From: Paragordius varius
Taxonomy: Eukaryota > Animalia > Nematomorpha
Length of the DNA stretch: 64,000 bases
Reading direction: 5' to 3'
NCBI GenBank assembly: GCA_964247055.1
Contig: OZ176058.1
Location: forward strand, 2,914,001-2,978,000
Part shown: positions 54,064 to 64,000 of the stretch, piece after piece
How positions within the stretch are numbered: position 1 is the first letter of the stretch
Layout of the letters: each line of letters opens with the position of its first letter
Program-made: the position numbers and the translations under genes
The notes under the pieces: model-generated
What the model saw: the letters and a program-made list of their open reading frames with translations, nothing else
What the model was told of the DNA's origin: nothing
Databases searched by the model: none

Positions 54064-55269
54064 AATTTTAAATCAAACATTTATATACGAAAACTAATGA
54101 TTAAAAAGTATGGATGTTTCAAACCTGTTTTTGTGTTTACGCTTTATGTGTACAATTTCAATCTTTAGTGTATTTTAATAATTAAAATTATGCCATTTTT
54201 CATGGAAACGCATTTTTTTATAACCAAAGACAGCATTTTTTTAAGCAAAAATAACAATTTTTTTAAAATTAGAGAGATTTTTTTAAGACAATTGTATGTA
54301 GTTAATTTTAAATTAATATAATAAAATTTCATCGTTGAACTATGATTTTAATTGTTATTAATATTTAATGGTAAATTGATTGATTTTTACCCATATTATT
54401 TATATTAATTTTTCTTTTACAGCTTAAGTTTCACCTAATCAATCTATATAATTTGCGCTTCAAGAGTGTCTTTAAAAGTATAAAGTTGTCTTTCACTTAA
54501 AATTTCTTACATTTTTTGCAGTTTGTATACAACCGTTATTTTTGTATGTAATTTTCTATTTTTTTAAATTTAACCTAATATCTTTATTTATTAGTATTAT
54601 TTCATTTAAAATTAATATTTTATAGTTAATACAACTTATTTGTTTAGAACTAATTTTTTTAATTAAAATTATTATAGATATATTAATGTTTAAACTAAAT
54701 ATTACTATCGATAACCCTAAAATTGCATATTTATTAATATAGTTAAAAAATTTTTATATAAAATGATAAGGATATACGGTTCTTGTGAAAAAAGGGTATT
54801 GATTTAGTGTAAGAGAAAAGGTTTATATAGGATAGATGGAATTTTATTTCTTCATTTGTAAAAATCGGAATATTGAAGGACCAACTTGAAGTGTTCAAAA
54901 CTTTGAATGTTTAAGGACACTCTTTTTTATAAATCATTATAGGCTTGTAAAAGAAAAAAATAATTAATAAAAATTAATAATACATATGGGCAAAATTAAA
55001 ATGTTTGTAAGTCAATCAATTTACCATCAAATATTGATGATGAAACAATATAATTCAACGCTAAAATTTTATTATATTACCTTAAAATTAATTAAATACA
55101 TTTGTCTTAAAATAACAAAAATTCTTTTCAATTTTAAAAAATGTTGTCTTTGCTTGAAAAAATGTTGTTTTTGCATGAAAAATGGTATATAGAGTTTATG
55201 TTAAAATATTTATATTTTAGTTTGTTTATCTTTCTAATTTCAATTTTTACTGCATGTTTCTAATTTTAG

Positions 55270-55482
55270 ATTTCAGGGTATGCCTGTTTATTGATGTGTG
55301 CCCTAATATTATTGACTATATGGAATCAAAATATTTTTCATCATCATATACCCTTTCGCCCAAAACAAAATTTAACTTTTAATAATGCGTTTAAAACGAA
55401 ATCTGCATCTTTTCAAAGCTTAACGGAAAATATCTCATGTACAACTTTAGAAAACAATCCAGAAAATCTCCAAACAATTTAG
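55270..55482 (+). CDS. Possible terminal exon (hydrophobic segment plus polar tail) of an unidentified gene
   Basis: Acceptor taattttag then 70 open codons ISGYACLLMCALILLTIWNQ...ENLQTI*. No upstream exons could be linked. Confidence 0.3.
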   Translation: MSGYACLLMCALILLTIWNQNIFHHHIPFRPKQNLTFNNAFKTKSASFQSLTENISCTTLENNPENLQTI

Positions 55483-56919
55483 TTTAACAATAAATATGCG
55501 ATTTATAGATTATTATGTTAAAATTGCGCAAATATTCATATTTTTTCATTTATAGCAAATATTTAATTTATATGAGAAAAAGATTTATATTTTAGAAAAT
55601 TTTTATCACAATGCATAACATGAGGGAATAAATTTGTATTTTACTCTATATGGATATATATTTAAAGAAAACTCATACTACGGAAACATAAAAACCAATA
55701 TACAAATAGTTTGTCACACACTACTAGTAAGGTTTGAAAAAAATATGGTTATTTTGTTAAAATATTTTTTATGCAGTGTCTTTTTAATTCTGTACATCTC
55801 AAGGATTAAATATATATATTAGAAAAATTCGATGCAAACTTGTGAGAACTCAACATTAAAACTAAAAATCGCATAATATGGGAAAGTTTATTTAACAATA
55901 TTGCAAAAAGTCGACCTCGGGTTGTAGCAACATTCAATTATATCAATACCTAGCCAGACGCATGTTGGCCCGCGAAAAATCTGGATATCTATGTAAATAT
56001 ATACTCATAAAATCTTAGTAAAATCAACACTTCTTAAACTTATTTATAATTTGGCAACTATAAAAATTTTTTATATTTGTTTGGATTTTACAGTATTATA
56101 TATAACCCATACTGCGGTCCGCGGTTCTTTGAGTTTAAAATGCGGCCCGCAGAGCCACTTTTGTTGGAAACCCCTGTTTTAGGCGAATTATAAAAAACGT
56201 ATATTTTATTTGAGCATTTTTCCCTATTCATCTTGAAAATCTTCATTACTACTTTAATGTTAATAAAGATTATTAGTGATTTTTGTGACTTAAGTCATCC
56301 CCAAAGCAATTGGTTCGGGCCGGGTCTGAAAAATATCTGAGCAGATAGATAGATATTTTGATAAATTTCAAACAAAAAAAGAAATACATTATTAATAATT
56401 CTATATTTATTTAACTGTTTTGCCATTTCGTTGCAAAAATTAATAATGTGTTCGAATTCCGAGGAGTCTAAGATGGTAATATGTGGTATATATAATAGTA
56501 AATGGCCTTACAGTAACGCATTACCGAATAGTCAATAGACGAAATATATAATAAAATAATATTTTAAAATTAATGATATAATTTTTAGAATTTTACAAAA
56601 ATATTTTCTTAAATTGTTTTGGTTTTTTCACATTTTTCGAGGGGCCTTAAAAAAAATAAGGGCTGCCCGTTGGAAACAACTGTTTCAACTACCAATTAAT
56701 AATTGTATATCATTTATACTTACACCTCTCATGGTTTTGGTTGATTTTGCCGTTTTAAATTTTTTCTGATTCTTTAAATGTTTTAAACATATATTAACTT
56801 TAAAAGTTATTTAATATGGCTAATTTTTATAGAGAAATAACAATTACATATATTTATTTAACTGAAAAAAATCTAATATTTTAGGTTATAATTTAGAGTA
56901 TAAACTTTGAGTTAATTTG

Positions 56920-56959
<40 letters not shown>

Positions 56960-57144
56960 GAATAATCTCTCTTTAGCCTTAATTAAATACACATATATTA
57001 TCTATGTCCTCTTGTTTTGAAAAAAATACGAAATCCTTCAATTAACTCTTAAAGGTTAAATAAACCAAATCTGAATATTATAGTTATTTAAAAAATGTGT
57101 CCTTATTATAAGTATTAAGCTTTTCCTTGCCGTCGTCTACACCT

Positions 57145-57152
57145 TATAAAAG
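57145..57152 (+). promoter_or_regulatory. Candidate TATA box for the lectin gene
   Basis: TATAAAAG in a locally GC-richer context about 80 bp upstream of the ATG at 57225; position only. Confidence 0.35.
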
Positions 57153-57224
57153 GCAAAAATTATCTGAGATTTTATTTTTTATAATTTTTTTGCGTGCATT
57201 AATTTGATTAGGCCACCAACTATT

Positions 57225-59150
57225 ATGAAAGAATTACATTATAAACTATCTATTTTATGTTTTTGGTTTCTGCCATGTTGCATTATCCATAATGTATTTG
57301 GGCAAAATTCTCGTTTCCTACAAGTACAACAAGGTGAGCCTTTTTAATTTTCTTGGAAAATAATCCCTAAAAATTTCAACGATTTTAAACAAATTATGGA
57401 GTTTAAATTTGAATTATATCGATAAAACTTATCAAATATTTTTTTTAAAAAGACAGGTATATTTTTAAACCGCTAAAGGTTTTTGAAATATTACAAAATA
57501 TATAATCGCAACCCAAAACGATAATCTGAATTATCAAATTTTATTTGCAAATATATAGAAAAATCGATTATAAAAGTCAACTAACCATTTTTTTAAAATT
57601 TATTAAATTAACCTCATCGTTTTAGGTTGCAAAATAAATAAAGATCAATAGTCGTCTATGTTTTCTTAAACTTTGCTAATGTAGAATCATTTAACTAAAT
57701 TTAGTTTTTCTACATAAATATTTTTTTTATAAAATAGATCTTTTGTAATATTCTTTTAGAATTTACATGCCCTCCTGGGTATACTCGAAGACCCGGTTCC
57801 TTAAACTGCTACAAATTTTATTGGATTGATGACATTCAAGGGGTCGATTGGGATTTCGCTAATAAACGCTGTCAGCTAGATAGCGAAATCGGTCATTTGC
57901 TTGTCATTGATGATATTGGAGAATATGTAACTATTAACAAACTTTTTATAAAATTTTTACAGTTTGAACTTTTACGGACAAAACTTATTTATTATATTCT
58001 TAATTCAAAAACCACACTTTTTGAGCCATTATTTTTCCCATAACTCAATTATATATATTTATGAATAATATATAATTGAGATTACAGTGTTAAAACCCGA
58101 ATTTTTTACGTAAATGTCTAGGTTGCAATATAAAAGGTTTCGTTATTAATAGATGATTAAATACTATTATACTCGACTATTACTTAATATTACTTTTTTG
58201 ATACCAAAAACATAAAATATGTTTTTAAACTTCAATATTTTAGCAATTTGTCCAGTTTTTGTGGCCGACTTGCTCTGGAGACAATTGTAATAAGCAATAT
58301 TTTTGGTTGGGTTTAACCTCAAACAGCGGTCAATGGGCTTGGAATGATCAAACCCCTCTACCCTACAATGCGTAAAATGATTATAATATTTTGAAATTTT
58401 ATCTAAAGGTTTACTAAATTTTAGGGTCTAACATTTTGAATGAATTTAAATTTAATTTAAATTTTTTTGGGGTATGAAGGGATTAAAATGTTGATTCGAT
58501 TTTATTATCTGTGTATGGGTTTATGGATGAATTAAAATTAATTTCAATTTAAAAGATTAAAGGACATTCTTTATATTTTTTGATTGGTTTTAAAAAATGG
58601 CAAAAATATAAAATATTGGGTTAATGTTTATAAATACGTTGAATAACCTTAAATGCGTTTAATTAATCTTTAAATATACTTTTTGATATACAGGCAATTT
58701 TATTGATATATTTTAATAAAGAACTATGTTTTGTATATTTAAAGTTTAATCCTACTATGCGTAATTTTTAAAACTTTGTTTGTATAGTCCTTGGGATATT
58801 GGTTACCCTATAAAAAGTGGAAATTGCGCGGCTTTAGTCTACAAAAATAATAAGGTCGTACTCATCAATACGGCTTGCTATGTCCCATTTTTCTTTGTTT
58901 GCGAAGTGGATTTAAGTATTACTAATGTTTTCTTATTTTTATTTAAAACCATATTTTTACAAAAAATGACTGTATAATTTAAATTTTTAATATTAAATTA
59001 TTTCACTTTTAATATATAACCGAAAAATGTTTCGATTGTTTCTCTTGATTTCCATAAGATATGAAATCCAAGTTTTCCACATTAATTTAAGTAATTTAAT
59101 AAAACTCACAAATTATGCCAAATACGATAAAAAATTTTATTATACACCTA

Positions 59151-59181
<31 letters not shown>

Positions 59182-60197
59182 GCTGGTCATTTGGTTAAAC
59201 ATTAATGGATATTAAACAAATTTTATCTATAATTAAACATATTTAAGGGTGAAAGATAGGGAATGTTTTTTAACTATTTTTGTTTTAGCCATAGGCAACT
59301 GTATTGCCATTTGGCCAATAATAAATGTGCATAGTGGATATATGTATATATAATTTAGCTCCAAATCCCTGTCCGGCCGTGCAATCGTTCCTGAGCGGTC
59401 GAAGGCGAAAACGTCAAGGAGATCCCAGAAGACAACCATTTTGGCAAAATGGGCCGGGGGGACAGTTTCAAACAGGTGGCAACGGAAATGGAGGGGGCGC
59501 ATTTTGGGACACTGGACCATCCTCATTTAATAATATGGATGACTCAAATGCTAATTCTAATGATAATAACAATGGCGTTCAAAATAGTGCTCAGTCCGCT
59601 AAAACTCAATCAGCTGGTACGGCCCCTCGAACTCAGTTGATTGCCCAAAGCTTATCGCCGCTTTCATTGGCTGGGGTGGCTGCCCCTCCCCCCGCGTCTG
59701 CACCAGCTGTTTCTGCGGGTTTGGCGGGAACTCAATCAGCTACCGGTGGCTCCTCGCCCCCTGCAAGGACCGGTCCTTTTGGACCCATGTATTTTGGGCA
59801 TCCGTTTTACAATAATAAATTCATTTACTGTTCGCTGGATCAGGGGCCGCTCGTTAAGAACTGTCCGGCTCAGCTGTTTTGGAATAATGATGCGGGTCAG
59901 TGTTCTCCTAACCCGTATGGGTCAGCTAGCAGTAATAGCGGTTCTCCAGGAGGTGCTAATGGTCCCCCCAACCTTCCAGGAATGCTTGGTTCCATGTTCC
60001 CAGGTGGAGGAGGACCGCTTCAACAGCCATCTGTTGGTCGAACTTCCAACAACAATAGTGCATCAGCTGGTGGTTTTAATTTGCCTCCGGGTATGATGGG
60101 AGCCCCTGGTTTTGGCCCGATGCTTTCAGGGGCTGGTGGAAACCCCTTAATGATGGGTATGGGTGCTCCGGGTGGAATCCCTATGATTGGAAGATAA
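57225..60197 (+). CDS. Secreted C-type lectin-domain protein with chitin-binding type-2 (CBM14)-like module and Gly/Pro/Met/Asn-rich tail, 456 aa, 5 exons: 57225-57333, 57760-57926, 58244-58371, 58788-58915, 59359-60197
   Basis: A signal-peptide-like N-terminus (LSILCFWFLPCCIIHNVFG) is followed by CTLD motifs CPPGY...CYKF, W..A.KRC....GHL, FWLGL, W.WND, and C...C...FVCE. The last exon is the 290-aa ORF in the track. Splice phases are 1,0,2,1 and consistent. Confidence 0.85.
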
Positions 60198-60417
60198 AAA
60201 ATTTGCATAATTTTTTTATAAACATAATACACAGATTATTAATATTATTTATACACGTATGTTCTGAAATTGATTATATTATGAAATTAAATAAATATTA
60301 TATTTATCTATCTGTTTTAATTTTATGCTTAGATACAAAATAATATTTGGTTTATTAAGATATGATTCACAAATCGAAAATATCTGGCTGGTTTATAAGG
60401 TAGGTTTAAACTATAAT

Positions 60418-60654
60418 TACAGTAAAAATGGAATTATACACACAAAATGTAAAAGTATAAGGATTTCTATCTAAAAGACTGCTGTATTAGATTTTATTAA
60501 TACAATGTTTTAAATAGCAAAGAGATATCTAAATTGCACAATAAATTAGATACTTTACTGTAATTAAGTTTATATGGGAAGATTGTATAGTTTTTTAAAA
60601 GAAAATATATTCATGTTTTTACGTTTTGCTTGTATAATTTCAATTTTCATTGTA
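60418..60654. mobile_element. Full-length copy of the CAGTAAAAATT MITE
   Basis: TACAGTAAAAATGGAATTATACAC...TTGTATAATTTCAATTTTCATTGTA. Confidence 0.75.
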
Positions 60655-61804
60655 TATCAGCCAAAAAAATTTAATGTAAAAGTTTTCTTATACATTTTAT
60701 TTAAGCGGTCAAAAATCGGTTACTAACACGACATTAAGATTAAGAAATTAGGTGGTGTTTCCAGTGTATATAAAAGCTTTTTCGTTATTTGTCCATGTGT
60801 TTATTATATTTTCGGAGTTTTGTGTCAGTTTAAGTAGAATTTATTTTGCATATTTATAATAGAAATATACAGTAAAAATGAAAAGACTATTTTTCATAAA
60901 GGCAACTTTTGTTAACCTTTATTTTTAAACACAAATTGCAAAATAAGGTAGAATGTAAATTGATATACAATAAATGATCAATTTGATGCACTCATTTAGA
61001 TTTGAGATTTTCAATAAATTCTGGTTGTCTTTTTGAAATTGTTTTCCCTTACAATTTCTTTTTATAACAAATTTTATATGTATGCAAAATAAATTCTACT
61101 TAAACTGTTACAAAACCGATTTTTATTATAGCATAATAAAATAACAAAATATTTAAGTATCTTTTTCATATGAGCACTACAAAATAAAATTAGTAAAATA
61201 TTTTTTATATTTCATATTTTTGTCATCTAGTTTATGAGTGTATAATAAATTTTTTCCATTTTGAAACCTTAAACGAGCGCAAATTACAAATTATTAAATT
61301 ATACAAAATAAAATTTACAAGTCGTGTAATATCAACAAATCCACTGTTTTAAAACATTCTCTTACTGGGAACGGATTTGGTTGGTATTCCACTCTATTTT
61401 GTATCAATATATAATTTACACTCATAAACCAGATGACAAAAAGATATATAACTTATTATAACTGTAAAAAATATGGATGTTAAGATAATGGTGAATTTAG
61501 CTAGTAAAAATTAATTATAGATAGTTTCATAAATTTTATGCACATAATAAAGTATGTTAATGAATGGAAAAGCATGATATGATCTGAGTTTAAATTAAAA
61601 CCCTATTTATATGATTTTATGCTATTTTTAAATTGTAAATATCCGATAAAAAAATAATAAACCTTATTATCTCATTTATCATTCAATATTTCAAAAACTA
61701 GGTCGTCAATAAATAAAAACTTTCATGGCAGATGAATTCCCTGGTTATAAGCTATCTAATGAAAAAAAATTTTGTAAAAAAAATTTTTGCCACAGATATT
61801 TGAA

Positions 61805-62570
61805 AAAATGCTAGATGACCACCATTGGCTTTAGATTTAAGATATTCTGAAGTATATTGTATTCAATACCTCATATTATATATTGCTGGATATTTGGAAT
61901 ATGCTAGTTGACCACTATTGGCTTTAGTATTTGAAATATTCTAATGAATATTGGGTATACTTCTTATATATTCTTATATAATGCTGACTATTTAGATAAA
62001 TATAACCCCTAAAGGATTTGAGATATACTGATGAATAATGGATTATACTTTTATTTTAATTGCTGAATATTGTATAAATGCTGGATTACCCTATTGGCTC
62101 CAGTATTTAAGATATTCTGATGGATATTGGATTATACATTTTATATCTTCTTATATATTGCTGAATATTTACATAAATGCTAGACCACTATTGGCTTTAG
62201 TATTTGAGATATTCTGATATTGGATAATACATCTCATATCATCTTATATATTTCTAGATATTTAGAAAAAAGCTAGATGACCATTATTCTTTAGTATTAC
62301 AATATTCTGATGAAAATTAATTATACATCTCATAAATTCCTTTATATTGCTGGATATTTATAAAAATATTTATTGGGTTTAGTATTTGAGATATTCTGAT
62401 ATATTAGGAGAAAATCTTTTATATCTTTTTTGCAGGATATTTGGATAAATGATAGATAATCATTCTCTAGTTGATATTCTGAAAATAATGGATTATACTT
62501 TTTATATCTTCTTATATATTGTTGAATATTAAGATAAATAGATGAACTTATTGACTATAGTAATTGACAG
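61805..62570. repeat. Diverged minisatellite, about 8-9 units of about 90-100 bp
   Basis: Recurrent GCTAGATGACCACTATTGGCTTTAGTATTTGAGATATTCTGA...TTATATATTGCTGGATATTT. No sustained ORF on either strand. Confidence 0.85.
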
Positions 62571-63088
62571 ACTATAGATAAAAACACTTAAGTATTTCTT
62601 TTGTACATACTTTTGCAAGGACCATAAATTTAAGCTTATTAAAATATATTAATTATACTAAACATGAAAAGAAACAAATATTTTGATCGATAGAAAATTG
62701 TATTAGATTTCTATTTAGGCCCTATTAGCGATTTAAAAAATTTATTTTGATTTTTAAAAGTTGGTCCATATCGAAAATTACACATTTATGCTAATAATAA
62801 TATTTTGGTGAAAGTTAAATGCTTCATTCCAACAAATATTATAGTACATTGTAATGGTAAATAACGGATTGGTTATGTTTTGTAATAACAGTTGTTAAAA
62901 TCCGTAATATAACGATAAAGGATAATAAAATTAAATGAAAGTATAAATGAAAATTATAAATGATATGTGAAACCCTTTCGTCAATAGTAATCGCAGTCAA
63001 TCTAAACGTTTTCTCAATCAATCGAAACATTTTAACATATCTAGTTTATATAAAAAAATGTAATCCAAACTTAAAATTTCAAATTTAA

Positions 63089-63398
63089 TCTTATGTCGAA
63101 TCCCCCTATAAAAAATTACTCATAATTTGAGTTTTACAAGCCAAAAACATTAATAATTTGCATACTTTATTTATAATTTTCGTGATAATTTATTACTATA
63201 AAAGACAATTTTATTACAGTCGAAATGAAATAAATAATCTAAATTTTATGATATTTTCTTAAACATTTGTTAACTACTGTAAATCATAAAAGTAATATTT
63301 ATGCCAAAAATTAATAATAACAATTATAAGTTAATTTGTCTCAAAACCCCAAATTATAAACAGAGCGTTTAAAAGATTATAAGGGGAATCCGACATAA
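63089..63398. mobile_element. MITE with about 22-bp TIR
   Basis: CTTATGTCGAATCCCCCTATAA / TTATAAGGGGAATCCGACATAAG. Confidence 0.55.
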
Positions 63399-63695
63399 GG
63401 TAGATGAAATGTCTCAGGTTTTCGAGGTGTAAATGGATTAAGCATAATCCAACTCCATAAGACTAAATCTTTTTAATGATTGCGCATATTGGAATTAAAA
63501 TAATAGTATCCTCTAAATTGATCTGTCAAAAAAACACATTAAATTTATATCTTGGACTTTGGGAATATGTTTTCGAGGTGTAAATCATATAAACTCTGTC
63601 ATTGCAATATCAGTTATAATCAATTTCCATTTATTAAATAATATAAGATATATTTATATTTTCAGACATGTCATATTATATCATATCTCCTAATA

Positions 63696-63951
63696 CTAAT
63701 CCATTCCCAGTAATAAAGTTTCAGCACCCTTGAGTATAGCGTAGCGGAAAAGCATAGAAAAAGCTAGACATCCCACACCCCTATAAGCTGTACCCAAAAT
63801 TTCAAAAATATTCTTATTGTTTGTGTTTCCAACTTCGGAATTTATATAGTTTAGGCCATTTAATGTAGCAAAGTTATCTTTTGTGTTATTGTTTGGCGTT
63901 TGGAAATAATCATAATTTTGCAGTTTTGGATTAACGGATTCTCCGAAATAT
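63696..63951 (-). CDS. Probable terminal exon of an unidentified gene whose upstream exons were not found (probably beyond the right window edge)
   Basis: Acceptor ttatcacag is followed by an 84-codon open frame YFGESVNPKL...ILGTAYRGVGCLAFSMLFRYAILKGAETLLLGMD*, GC-richer than the flanks. There is no start codon and no recognised family. Confidence 0.5.
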
Positions 63952-64000
63952 CTGTGATAAATTGTTAGATATAATGCTATACAGTAAAAATTAAAAAATT

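Noticed and set aside
59449-60232. Alternative-frame and antisense ORFs over the lectin last exon
   Set aside because: These are shadow ORFs of a GC-rich coding exon; only the 59325-60197 frame joins upstream exons.

Overview
Very AT-rich, intron-containing eukaryotic (invertebrate-type animal) nuclear DNA. No prokaryotic features or CRISPR were found, and most ORF-track entries are spurious. Manual splicing gives four genes with in-frame exon chains. They are PAM16/Tim16 (+, 16880-19722), cytochrome c1 (-, 25982-34004; the two most 5' exons are inferred), a divergent NTF2-family gene (-, 45964-47242) and a secreted C-type-lectin plus chitin-binding-like protein (+, 57225-60197). There are also a few orphan exon-like frames. 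The rest is dense in non-autonomous elements: Helitrons with internal satellite arrays, TTAA (piggyBac-like) MITEs nested in each other, TA-flanked and hAT-like MITEs, tRNA-derived SINEs and (TA)n tracts. The most unusual signals are four. (1) Series of decayed exon-boundary copies ('exon echoes') fill introns next to conserved exons in three unrelated genes. (2) Cytochrome c1 has probable 26- and 31-nt introns beside kb-sized ones. (3) The lectin has a CBM14-like domain apparently split by a furin-cleavable 138-aa insert. (4) Helitron ends enclose young tandem arrays.
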